This document shows, one piece after another, positions 27,651 through 36,316 of a stretch of DNA of 64,000 nt (its first letter is position 1; each line of letters starts with the position of its first letter). Both the position numbers and the translations under genes were made by a program. The notes below the pieces were generated by a model, which did not search any database, was not told the DNA's origin, and saw only the letters and a program-made list of their open reading frames with translations. The stretch comes from an uncultured Actinomycetota bacterium (GTDB taxonomy: Bacteria > Actinomycetota > Actinomycetes > CAWDCV01): contig CAWDCV010000005.1 in NCBI GenBank assembly GCA_963801015.1, positions 121,580-185,579 of the forward strand, written 5' to 3'.

Positions 27651-27745
27651 AAATGATCACGTATACGTGATCATTGAGGGCGATACGCCTGTTACAGAGG
27701 GCGTATCGCCCTAACTCGAGGCGTATCGCACAGCGTCACGGGCGG
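27651..27745. repeat. Composite palindromic intergenic element, copy 1. It contains a 24-bp perfect palindrome AATGATCACGTATACGTGATCATT, a 12-bp inverted-repeat hairpin GGGCGATACGCC-N10-GGCGTATCGCCC, and a third direct copy GGCGTATCGCAC. About 90% identical to 54499..54593.
   Basis: Aligned by eye to copy 2: palindrome identical; 48 of 56 following positions identical; same order and spacing. Confidence 0.7.
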
Positions 27746-29196
27746 CGGCGCAACGTGCGCGGGAGGCCGCGCAGCACGGCCAGCGGAAGCACCGAGCGCG
27801 GCGCGTACGCCGTGCGCCACAGCCCCGCGTGCGCGGCGGCGTGCATGAGCTGATCGTCGGGGTGGGCGAGGTCGACCGCGGGATTCGCCGGCGACTGCGG
27901 ATTGCACAGGTCGTGCACGAGCAGCGTCGCCATCAGCGTGCTCGCCGTCTCGGGAGCGAACACCTCGAGGCCGAACCGTGGACTGCCCTCGTACGCAGCC
28001 GCCAGCGCCCGGTTGCCCATGACGGAGCGCGTCCGCGTCGTCGGCGCGACCCGCATCGACGTGAGTGTGCCGCTGGCTCGCGCGGTGAGGGCGCGCCAGC
28101 GCTGCAGGTGCTTGGCGAGTGCATAATTCGGGCCCTGCTGAAGCACGAGGCAGTCGTTGATACCGACGTCGCGACCATCGCCGCGGTGCAGCGTGTCGGG
28201 ATAGTTCGGGGTCATCAGTCGCTGGCGGCTCACGAAGCTCGTCGCGCGCTGCATCGCCGTCGGTCTCCAGCGGCGACGAGATTCCTCGACAGCAGCCATC
28301 GGCACCGAGAAGACGTCAGTGGGCGTGGCGAGAAAGCCCAACGAGACGTCGCGTCGATGCTGCAGGTCGCCGACGACAGCATCAATCGCGGCATTGACGA
28401 GCACGTGTTGAGCACCGTCGAGGTAGGTGTAGCTCGCGATTGTCAGCGGACCCGGAAGCTCAGCTAGCCAGGACCGCAGCTCCGGGGTATTCGCGACGAC
28501 GTCGAGCCCTGCTTCGTTTCCGACGAGGGGCAGTACGGCCCGGCCGGCGCCACCACGGACGGTCGCACGGATGCGATCCCACAGCTGCGGGCGTGGAACG
28601 TCGACGAGGGCAACGTCCGCTCCCCAGCGAGTCAGCGGTTGCAGCGGGCTCATCTGCGCGGCGGCGCCGAGCAGCGCGACGCGGTGCCCGTCGAGCCGAA
28701 GCCAGTCGGGGTTGGCCATCACGAGCCGAACCGCCTCCGCCAGCGATGGCTCGACGATACCCGCGGCGACCCACCGGTCGAGCTGTCGATGCAGCGCTGC
28801 GTCGCGGAGCAGATCGGTGCCGTACGGCAGCTCGAGTTCACGGGATCGTTGCTGTGGCTGGCCGCTCACCGTCTCGGTGGCCGGCGCATCCACGCGGAGC
28901 GCCGCCATGCACTCCCCGAGCGGTAACCGCTGCTCGTCCCGCTCGAACTCCATCGACGTGTGTAGCGCCACTAGTGCGGCTTTGGCGGCGGCGACCGCGG
29001 CCGGCGCGTAGACGGCGGCCGCTTCGGCGATGCGTCGCACGTGCCGCGGGTAGGCGTGACGCCAGTCCGGTTCCGCATCGACGGCCGCGCCGAGGTCAGC
29101 GTCGATGGCATGAGCCGCCGCCGCGAAGACGCTGCGACCCATGGCCGTCGTACTCGCCCGGCCCAGCCGTGCATCGAGCGGAAACGTGACTCCCAT
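27736..29196 (-). CDS. Hypothetical protein (486 aa) with a Rossmann-like segment (..[24 protein letters not shown]..)
   Basis: Long ORF with protein-like composition; no family recognised from sequence alone. Divergent from the rhodanese gene. Confidence 0.55.
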   Translation of the reverse strand: MGVTFPLDARLGRASTTAMGRSVFAAAAHAIDADLGAAVDAEPDWRHAYPRHVRRIAEAAAVYAPAAVAAAKAALVALHTSMEFERDEQRLPLGECMAALRVDAPATETVSGQPQQRSRELELPYGTDLLRDAALHRQLDRWVAAGIVEPSLAEAVRLVMANPDWLRLDGHRVALLGAAAQMSPLQPLTRWGADVALVDVPRPQLWDRIRATVRGGAGRAVLPLVGNEAGLDVVANTPELRSWLAELPGPLTIASYTYLDGAQHVLVNAAIDAVVGDLQHRRDVSLGFLATPTDVFSVPMAAVEESRRRWRPTAMQRATSFVSRQRLMTPNYPDTLHRGDGRDVGINDCLVLQQGPNYALAKHLQRWRALTARASGTLTSMRVAPTTRTRSVMGNRALAAAYEGSPRFGLEVFAPETASTLMATLLVHDLCNPQSPANPAVDLAHPDDQLMHAAAHAGLWRTAYAPRSVLPLAVLRGLPRTLRRRP

Positions 29197-29253
29197 GGCG
29201 GGGGGTCTACCAGGTCACGGGGATGGCTGTCAGGTGCGGACTACCGTGGTGGG

Positions 29254-30147
29254 GTGACCGCTACCCAGACCGTTCCCGCCGACGACGCGAGCCAGCTGCA
29301 GTCGTACGCCCATCCCGAGCGCCTGGTGACGACCGAGTGGCTCGCCGAGCATCTCGACGACGAGAACCTTGTCATCGTCGAGTCCGACGAGGATGTGCTG
29401 CTCTACGAGACCGGCCACATCCCCGGCGCCATCAAGGTCGACTGGCACACCGAGCTCAATGATCCGGTGACCCGCGACTACGTGGACGGCGCGGGGCTTG
29501 CCGCGCTGATGTCCGACAAGGGCATCTCCCGCGACACGACGGTGGTCATCTACGGCGACCGCAACAACTGGTGGGCGGCGTACGCGCTGTGGGTGTTCTC
29601 GCTGTTCGGACATCCGGACCTGCGGCTGCTCGACGGCGGTCGCGCGGCGTGGGTGGCCGAGGGTCGCCCGATGACGACGGACGTCCCGACGCCTGTGCGT
29701 TCGGAGTACCCCACGGTGGAGCGCGACGACACCGGCATCCGCGCCTTCAAGGACGAGGTGATGGCGCATCTGGGCAAGCCGATGGTCGACGTCCGCTCGC
29801 CGGGTGAGTACTCCGGTGAGCTGCTACACATGCCCGACTACCCGCAGGAGGGCGCCGTGCGCGGCGGCCACATTCCCGGCGCAGTCAGCATGCCGTGGGC
29901 TCGGGCGGCCGCGGAGGACGGCAGGTTCCGGTCGCGCGAGGAGCTGGAGCAGCTGTACGGGCAGGAGGCAGGCCTCACGCCGTCGGACGACGTCGTCGTC
30001 TACTGCCGCATCGGTGAGCGCTCGAGTCACACCTGGTTCGTGCTGACGCACCTATTGGGGTACGACCGCGTGCGCAACTACGACGGGTCGTGGACGGAGT
30101 GGGGCAACAGCGTTCGCGTGCCGATCAGTCGCGGCTCGACACCGTGA
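29254..30147 (+). CDS. Thiosulfate/3-mercaptopyruvate sulfurtransferase (tandem rhodanese domains, SseA/CysA-like)
   Basis: GTG at 29254 gives a 297-aa protein: ..[33 protein letters not shown].. (domain 1) and ..[18 protein letters not shown].. (catalytic Cys loop CRIGERS). Confidence 0.88.
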   Translation: MTATQTVPADDASQLQSYAHPERLVTTEWLAEHLDDENLVIVESDEDVLLYETGHIPGAIKVDWHTELNDPVTRDYVDGAGLAALMSDKGISRDTTVVIYGDRNNWWAAYALWVFSLFGHPDLRLLDGGRAAWVAEGRPMTTDVPTPVRSEYPTVERDDTGIRAFKDEVMAHLGKPMVDVRSPGEYSGELLHMPDYPQEGAVRGGHIPGAVSMPWARAAAEDGRFRSREELEQLYGQEAGLTPSDDVVVYCRIGERSSHTWFVLTHLLGYDRVRNYDGSWTEWGNSVRVPISRGSTP

Positions 30148-30587
30148 CGGCACCCGCCCTGCCCGCGGCCCTCGGCGAGGTCGTCGAGGAGTTCGCCGCC
30201 GTATCTCCTCGTGATCGACTGCAATTGCTCCTGGAGTACTCGCAGGAGCTGCCATCCCTGCCGGCCGAGCTGGCGGCCAACCGGGACCGGCTCGAGCAGG
30301 TGCACGAGTGCCAGACGCCGTTCTTCGTCGCGACATCGATCGATGACGACGGTCGCGTGCGGCTGTTCTTCGACGCTCCGCCGGAGGCGCCGACGACGCG
30401 CGGTTTCGCCGGCATTCTGCACGCCGGCCTCGACGGGGTGACCGCCGGAGAGGTGTTGGCGGTGCCGGACGAGTTCTACGTCGCGCTCGGCCTCCAGGAG
30501 ACGATCAGCCCGCTGCGGCTGCGCGGCATGACCGCCATCCTGCGTCGCATCAAGCACCAGCTCCAGGAGCGTTCGACGCGCTCGTGA
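30144..30587 (+). CDS. SufE-family sulfur-acceptor protein
   Basis: GTG overlaps the rhodanese stop (GTGA). ..[12 protein letters not shown]....[11 protein letters not shown].. carries the conserved SufE Cys. Confidence 0.78.
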   Translation: MTAPALPAALGEVVEEFAAVSPRDRLQLLLEYSQELPSLPAELAANRDRLEQVHECQTPFFVATSIDDDGRVRLFFDAPPEAPTTRGFAGILHAGLDGVTAGEVLAVPDEFYVALGLQETISPLRLRGMTAILRRIKHQLQERSTRS

Positions 30588-30593
30588 CCGGCA

Positions 30594-30689
30594 CCGTGAA
30601 GATCGCCGTGTAGGTCGCCGTGAAGATCGTCGTGTAGGTCGTCGTGTAGGTCGTCGTGAAGATCGTCGTGTGGGTCGTCGTGAGCTTTG
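30594..30689. repeat. Tandem repeat, 8 units of 12 bp, consensus (C/T)CGTG(A/T)AG(A/G)TCG
   Basis: ccgtgaagatcg ccgtgtaggtcg ccgtgaagatcg tcgtgtaggtcg tcgtgtaggtcg tcgtgaagatcg tcgtgtgggtcg tcgtgagctttg. Followed at 30705-30740 by a partial inverted copy (cacgaagatctacacgac). Confidence 0.85.
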
Positions 30690-30748
30690 CGCCGCTTGGC
30701 CGCGTGCTGAATCCACACGAAGATCTACACGACCGCCGCCGTAGGGCT

Positions 30749-31588
30749 TCAGGAGCGGTAGACGATCACCGGGTCGCCGACCGACATCGCGTCGAAGATG
30801 GTCGCTGTGCCCTGCTTGTCGCGGGTGTTCACGCAGCCGTGTGACGCGCCGTTGTAGCCCTCGGCCGCGAAGTCCGGCGAGTAGTGGACGGCCTGCCCGC
30901 CGTTGAAGAACATCGCATAAGGCATAGGCGCGTCGTAGATCGACGACACGTGATCGCGGCTCTTGCTCTCGACGTCGAACTCGCCCTCGCGCGTCGGCAG
31001 CCCGCGTCGTCCGAAGCGCGCATCGAGGGTGATCTGCAGCTGCCCATCGACCACGAAGTAGACCTTGCCTGCCGTCTTGTCGACGCAGAGCGCCGGCCCG
31101 CTCTGTGTGCAGCCGGGATGCAGCACCACCGGGACCGGCGGCGGAGCGTTCGGCTCGGGCGGGCGCAGCTCCTCCGCCGTCGGCACGGTACTCGTGGCGA
31201 GCAATGCATCCCACGTCGCCTGATCGACGTCGCCCGTGGCGGGCAGTCCCTTCTGTTCCTGGAATGCGCCCACGGCGTCGCTGGTGATGCGTCCGTACGC
31301 GCCGTCCGGTGCATCGCTCAGCACCGTCAGTTGTCGGAGCCGCGCTTGCAGCTCGCGCACCTGGTCGCCGGCCGCGCCGATGGTCAGCAGCAGGGCAGGC
31401 GATGGCGGGACCGTAGGCGTCGGCGGCGCGGCAGACGTCTGCACCGCGGGGGGTGTCGTCGCCGCGGCGACAGTCGGCGTCGACGAGCTCACCGGAGCCG
31501 AGGCAATCAGGTTGGCACAGCCAACCAGCAAGCCCCCGAGGCAGCCCACAGCAGCGCAGAGGACAAGGCGACGCCGCACGCGCATCAC
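30749..31588 (-). CDS. L,D-transpeptidase family lipoprotein with PG-binding domain (YkuD catalytic domain, HGCVN)
   Basis: Signal/lipobox ..LLVGCAN; PG_binding_1-like ..GDQVRELQARLRQL..; C-terminal ..NGASHGCVNTRDK.. catalytic Cys. Confidence 0.85.
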   Translation of the reverse strand: MMRVRRRLVLCAAVGCLGGLLVGCANLIASAPVSSSTPTVAAATTPPAVQTSAAPPTPTVPPSPALLLTIGAAGDQVRELQARLRQLTVLSDAPDGAYGRITSDAVGAFQEQKGLPATGDVDQATWDALLATSTVPTAEELRPPEPNAPPPVPVVLHPGCTQSGPALCVDKTAGKVYFVVDGQLQITLDARFGRRGLPTREGEFDVESKSRDHVSSIYDAPMPYAMFFNGGQAVHYSPDFAAEGYNGASHGCVNTRDKQGTATIFDAMSVGDPVIVYRS

Positions 31589-31672
31589 GGTCGCACGTCA
31601 TCGCGCGTCATGCCCGCAACCGGGCCGGGTCCTAACATGCGAAGCAACGCCACTCACATCAAGGGAGCGCTC

Positions 31673-32851
31673 GTGGATTTCCGGGACACCCCTGAGGAAG
31701 CGGCCTTCCGGAGCGAGCTGCGCAGCTGGCTCGAGGAGCACGTCCCGGCGGCCTGGCCGACCAGCCGCCACGTCGGTCGGCCTCCGGAGGACATGCATCG
31801 CGAGTGGAGCAAGCAGCTGTACGACAGCGGCTGGGTGGGGTTGACGTGGCCGACTGAGTACGGCGGTCGCGGCCTCTCGCCGACGTACCAGGCCATCTAC
31901 CTCGAGGAGATGGCCCGAGCCAACGCGCCGGAGCACCTCGCGGTCATCGGTCTCAACATGGCCGGGCCGACGATCCTGGCCTGGGGCAGCGACGAGCAGA
32001 AGAAGCGGTTGCTGCCGCCGTTGCTCGCCGCGGAAGAAGTGTGGTGCCAGGGATTCTCCGAACCTGGCAGCGGCTCGGACCTGGCCGGTGCGCGCACCCG
32101 CGCCGTCGTGGACGGCGATTCCTGGATCGTCAACGGGCAAAAGGTGTGGTCGTCGTACGCGCACATCGCCGACTGGTGCATCCTCGTCGTCCGCACCGAT
32201 CCGGACGTACCGAAGCACGCGGGGCTGTCGTTCCTGCTCGTCGACATGCACCTTCCCGGCGTCGAGGTGCGGCCACTGCGCCAGATCACCGGAGACGCCG
32301 AATTCAACGAGATCTTCTTCACCGACGTACGCGTCCCCATCGACTCGATGCTCGGCAAGCCGGGTGACGGCTGGCCAGTGGCCATGACGACGCTGTTGCA
32401 CGAGCGCGGCACCTTGGGTTTCGCGCTCACCGCAGCACTCGAGCGCCTAGTCGCCGGTCTGGTGGAGCTGGTACGCGAGGAGATGCCCGACGGCACGCGC
32501 CCCGCGGACGCCGCGCTCGTACGTGACGCCGTCGCGCGCGAGTGGGTGGAGCTGCAGGCGCTGCGCTTCACCAACTACCGCTCGCTGACCACGCTCGTGC
32601 AGCGTGGCGTACCCGGACCGGAGGGTTCGATCGGGAAGCTGGTCTGGAGCGAGGCGGCGCAGCGCATCGGCAAGCTCGCCCTGTCCGTTCAGGGCATGTC
32701 ATCCCAGTTGTCCGGAGACGGTGCCGTGTGGGACGGCCTCTGGCAGTACCAGCAGCTGCGCAGTCGCGGCAACACCATCGAAGCTGGTACGTCGGAGATC
32801 CTGCGCAGCATCATCGCGGAGCGTGTCGTCGGCCTTCCCCGAAGCCGCTGA
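31673..32851 (+). CDS. Acyl-CoA dehydrogenase family protein
   Basis: GTG at 31673 behind SD AAGGGAG; MDFRDTPEEAAFRSELRSWL...; ..CQGFSEPGSGSDLAG.. ACAD active-site region. The track ORF 30884.. is mostly an antisense extension. Confidence 0.88.
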   Translation: MDFRDTPEEAAFRSELRSWLEEHVPAAWPTSRHVGRPPEDMHREWSKQLYDSGWVGLTWPTEYGGRGLSPTYQAIYLEEMARANAPEHLAVIGLNMAGPTILAWGSDEQKKRLLPPLLAAEEVWCQGFSEPGSGSDLAGARTRAVVDGDSWIVNGQKVWSSYAHIADWCILVVRTDPDVPKHAGLSFLLVDMHLPGVEVRPLRQITGDAEFNEIFFTDVRVPIDSMLGKPGDGWPVAMTTLLHERGTLGFALTAALERLVAGLVELVREEMPDGTRPADAALVRDAVAREWVELQALRFTNYRSLTTLVQRGVPGPEGSIGKLVWSEAAQRIGKLALSVQGMSSQLSGDGAVWDGLWQYQQLRSRGNTIEAGTSEILRSIIAERVVGLPRSR

Positions 32852-32860
32852 GGAGCAGCT

Positions 32861-33910
32861 GTGGACTTTGCCTTCTCCGAGGAGCAGGAGCAGCTACGCA
32901 GCATTGTGCGCGAGTTCCTCGCTGACGCGTATCCCATCGAAGAGGTGGCGCACACTGCGGATTCACCAGACGGCTGGGATCCTTCCGGTTGGAAGGCCCT
33001 TGCCGAACTTGGCTGGCTGGATGCCGAGCTCGGTCCGCTCGAGCATGCCGTGCTACTCGAGGAATCTGCAGCAGCGCTGCTTCCCGCCCCGCTGTTCTCG
33101 ACGCTTGCGCTGGCGCTGCCTGCGGTCCAAGACGTAGCGGGTCGACGGTTGACGTTTGCATGGATCGAGGACGGACGGTCCGAAGCTCTTGGGTCTGCCG
33201 TGGAGGTCACGTCTGCGACAGTGGACGAACGAGGTCGGGTCTTCGGTCGCAAGACGCTCGTCCCCGACGCAAGCGCCGTTGACGGCATGGTCGTGGTGAC
33301 CCGAGCATCCGACGGCGAACCCGCGCTGTCTCTGGTCGACATGGGCGACGGTGTCACCGTCGAGTCCCACCCAACAATCGACGGCACGCGGCGACTCGGG
33401 ACCGTGGTCTTCGACGGTGCCACCGGTCAGCAGCTTGCATCGGGATCGGATGCCGTCGCTCGCGTCCAACAGATTGCGCAGCATGCCCTGACCGGTGCCG
33501 CATGCGAGGCCGTCGGCGTCGCGCAACGCGCGCTCGACATCGCCGTCGAGCACGCCCGCACACGAGAGCAGTTCGGACGTCCGATCGGCAGCTACCAGGC
33601 GATCTCGCACCGCATCGCCGACGTCTACGCCCGCGTGCAGCTCGCTCGATCCCTGGCGACCTGGGCCGCGTGGAGTCTCACCCAGGACAGCGATGCTGCA
33701 ATGCCAGCCGCTGCGGCGAAGTCATACGCCGCGGAGGCGGCCGTCGCTGCCTGCGAGAGTGCGATCCAGGTCCTGGGCGGCATCGGCTTCACCTGGGATC
33801 ACCCGGTGCACCGCTACTACAAGCGGGCCCAGTGGCTCGATGCCTTCGCGGGCGACGGGACACGGCAGCGCGCCGCCGTCGCCGCGGCACTGCTCGATAA
33901 GCCGGAGTAA
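32861..33910 (+). CDS. Acyl-CoA dehydrogenase family protein (second subunit, likely heteromeric partner)
   Basis: MDFAFSEEQEQLRSIVREFL..; ACAD C-terminal helices ..EQFGRPIGSYQAISHRIADV.. Confidence 0.85.
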   Translation: MDFAFSEEQEQLRSIVREFLADAYPIEEVAHTADSPDGWDPSGWKALAELGWLDAELGPLEHAVLLEESAAALLPAPLFSTLALALPAVQDVAGRRLTFAWIEDGRSEALGSAVEVTSATVDERGRVFGRKTLVPDASAVDGMVVVTRASDGEPALSLVDMGDGVTVESHPTIDGTRRLGTVVFDGATGQQLASGSDAVARVQQIAQHALTGAACEAVGVAQRALDIAVEHARTREQFGRPIGSYQAISHRIADVYARVQLARSLATWAAWSLTQDSDAAMPAAAAKSYAAEAAVAACESAIQVLGGIGFTWDHPVHRYYKRAQWLDAFAGDGTRQRAAVAAALLDKPE

Positions 33911-33917
33911 GGAACGG

Positions 33918-34646
33918 TCACCTGACGCTGAGCTCGGTGACGCTGGTGGAGCCGTCGATCACGCCCTGAGCGACGTCACCGAGCCGAAGGCCATGACTGC
34001 GGGCGTAGGAACGCAGCATCTCAAATGCCCGGTCGATGCTTACGTTGTGGATCTGCGCCAGCACGCCCTTCGACTGCTCGATGACGATGCGGCTGTTCAG
34101 TGCCCCTTGCAGCTGCTCGGCGAGGACCTCGCTCTGCCGGATGGCGCGTTCCTGCAGCAACCCGATGGTTGCCACGTCTGCCAGCGCCTGCACGATCCGG
34201 ACCTCGCGTGGCTCCAGCCGCCCGATGTCGGTGCCGAACAGGTTCAACGCCCCGATGACGTCCCCTCGATGCCGCAGCGGTATTGCATGCACGGATCGGA
34301 ACCCAGCAGCAACCGCATGGGGAGCAAAGCGCGGCCAGCGGTCGCTCGCCCGACCGAGATCGGCATTCACCACGGGCACACCGGTGGTGAAGGCGTCGTG
34401 ACAGGGGCCTTCGTGCGCCTGCACGCCGAACAGCTCGAGGAGCTTTGCCGACTCGTCGGAGGCGGCCATGAACTGCAATCGACCCTGCGCGTCGACGAGC
34501 AGCAGACCCGCGGCTGTGGCGTCGATCATCTCCGCAGCGCGGGCGGTCACGTTCTCGAGGAACTCGATGAGGTCGAAGTCGTCGACGAGGGTGTCCGCGA
34601 CCTCAACGAACACCTCAGCGAGCCGCTCGGCTTGCAACGTCGGCAT
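33918..34646 (-). CDS. GAF and ANTAR domain-containing RNA-binding regulator
   Basis: GAF N-terminal half plus C-terminal ..LQGALNSRIVIEQSKGVLAQIHNVSIDRAFEMLRSYARSHGLRL (ANTAR). Confidence 0.85.
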   Translation of the reverse strand: MPTLQAERLAEVFVEVADTLVDDFDLIEFLENVTARAAEMIDATAAGLLLVDAQGRLQFMAASDESAKLLELFGVQAHEGPCHDAFTTGVPVVNADLGRASDRWPRFAPHAVAAGFRSVHAIPLRHRGDVIGALNLFGTDIGRLEPREVRIVQALADVATIGLLQERAIRQSEVLAEQLQGALNSRIVIEQSKGVLAQIHNVSIDRAFEMLRSYARSHGLRLGDVAQGVIDGSTSVTELSVR

Positions 34647-34689
34647 CGGGGCCTCTCTCCTGAACGCAGTGCCGGACGGACGCGGTCGA

Positions 34690-35409
34690 TCAGGAACGGT
34701 CGTCCTCTAGCCGAATTTTACGGGACACGATGTCGCTAGCCACGTCGGTGAGAGGCCGTTGGTTCGCGTACGCGTAGCCCCGGATGCGGACCATCGCCTC
34801 CGTCAGATCCACCGTCAGCTGCACCGTGACCATTCCCTGTGCCTGGTAGATCACCGAGCGGGACCCGAGCGCTTCACCCAACCCAGGGGCCGCCTCGCCC
34901 GGCCGAGCGTCGTGCTGTCCGTCAAGAAGCGTCGTCAGAGCCATGTCGGCGAAGGCAACCGCCTGCGAGAAGGCAGGCTTGGACAGTGAGCCGGTCTGCT
35001 TCCGGTACACGTCGAAGACACCCAACCGAGCCGCGCCGATCTGCATCGGAAAGGCGAACACCGCGCGGACGCCCTTATCGAAGGCCGCGGGAGCGTAGCC
35101 GGGCCAACGTCGCATCGCGCCAGCATCGAGGTCAGGGACCAGGACGGGGCGTCCGCCGGCGTGGGCATCCAGGCACGGCCCCTCACCCAGCGTGAACTGC
35201 AGCTCCGCGAGCCAGAGGTCGTCCGGGTCGGAGATCGCTGCTACGCCCCGAGCCCCGTCCGCGCCCAGGACGCTCACCCCCGCCCCTGCCGCGGGCAGAC
35301 CGTGGACGGTCGCGCGGCACAGCCGCCCCAGCCGGTCGGCCATGCCGACGGCACCGTCCAGCGTGGGCTCGCGCTCGACCATGGCGCGTACTTGTTCGAT
35401 CAGGGTCAT
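34690..35409 (-). CDS. GAF and ANTAR domain-containing RNA-binding regulator (tandem paralog)
   Basis: ATG at 35409 (MTLIEQVRAMVE..); C-terminal ..SVIYQAQGMVTVQLTVDLTEAMVRIRGYAYANQRPLTDVA (ANTAR). The track ORF extends to 35832 through an Arg-rich antisense stretch. Confidence 0.8.
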   Translation of the reverse strand: MTLIEQVRAMVEREPTLDGAVGMADRLGRLCRATVHGLPAAGAGVSVLGADGARGVAAISDPDDLWLAELQFTLGEGPCLDAHAGGRPVLVPDLDAGAMRRWPGYAPAAFDKGVRAVFAFPMQIGAARLGVFDVYRKQTGSLSKPAFSQAVAFADMALTTLLDGQHDARPGEAAPGLGEALGSRSVIYQAQGMVTVQLTVDLTEAMVRIRGYAYANQRPLTDVASDIVSRKIRLEDDRS

Positions 35410-35480
35410 CTCCGCCACCGGGCGCACCCTCCGTCGCGACAAACGCCGCCGGGCCGGGGCAACGAGTCCGGTACTAATGA

Positions 35481-35756
35481 TCATACGTCCTGCGGCTGCG
35501 CCCTCCCGTAGAGCATGACAGCGCGGGAGCCGTCGTCCTGGCCCAACGGTCGAAGCAGGGTGGTGACCCGCTCGGGCGCGCCGGGCAGGATCAGCCGCCG
35601 GCCATTGCGGGCCAACTGTGAACGAGCTTCGAGCAGCGGATCGAGCCCAAGGATGTCGGTGAAGGTGACGCCGGAGAGGTCGACGACGATCGTCTCGACC
35701 GGCGTCTTCGCAACCACCGTTTCGAGGTAGGTACGCAGCGCTGGCGCAGTCAGCAT
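35481..35756 (-). CDS. STAS-domain protein (anti-sigma-factor antagonist-like)
   Basis: ..ETIVVDLSGVTFTDILGLDPLLEARSQLARNGRRLIL.. SpoIIAA-like pattern. Confidence 0.7.
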   Translation of the reverse strand: MLTAPALRTYLETVVAKTPVETIVVDLSGVTFTDILGLDPLLEARSQLARNGRRLILPGAPERVTTLLRPLGQDDGSRAVMLYGRAQPQDV

Positions 35757-35865
35757 GTCGAGTTCGCCGCTGACAACGTGGACTCCGAGGCGGTCGCCTG
35801 CACGTCGAACCAGGGTGGGGTATCCCCGGCACGTTGAGCCGGTAGCGTCATGATTTCCCCGCCCG

Positions 35866-36126
35866 TCAGTGATCGTCGGTGTAGCGGCCGGGGACGTAGA
35901 GGTAGTTGTCCATGTGGTCCAGCGCAGGGCGGCCGGTGTCCGGATTGTGCACGAGCCGGTACGACCACACGTCGTCGCCGACGCGCAGGGAGACCAACCG
36001 CGGCGGAGCGCCGCTCAGGTCCCAGCTCTGCCCATGAGCTGGGCCGCAGTAGGCACGCGCGCAACGCAGGTCAGGCGTGGCCCTCACGGCCGACGGCGAC
36101 GTCGTCCCTCGCGTCGCTGTGATCAT
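35866..36126 (-). CDS. Hypothetical small protein (86 aa)
   Basis: ATG 36126 behind SD GGAGGG; MITATRGTTSPSAV..DNYLYVPGRYTDDH; no family recognised. Confidence 0.4.
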   Translation of the reverse strand: MITATRGTTSPSAVRATPDLRCARAYCGPAHGQSWDLSGAPPRLVSLRVGDDVWSYRLVHNPDTGRPALDHMDNYLYVPGRYTDDH

Positions 36127-36316
36127 GCCGGACCCTCCACCACAGTCGCGCACGTGGCCGCCGGGTCTGGGGCAGTCGGCGCGGCTCAACAGAGTGTGTG
36201 GGCGGCGCCTCTGACAACGAGGCTACGGCGGGTATCTGGCCCGAGCAACCGGGGAATCTGATGCCCGCGGTCGCGCCACTTCGGAACTCTGCACTCCCGT
36301 TAGCCGTCGGTCGGAC

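Noticed and set aside
30476-30718. ORF encoding HDDLHDDLHDDL repeats
   Set aside because: The repeat peptide comes from translating the 12-bp tandem DNA repeat. The ORF overlaps the sufE 3' end antisense, so I treat it as a DNA-level repeat, not a protein.
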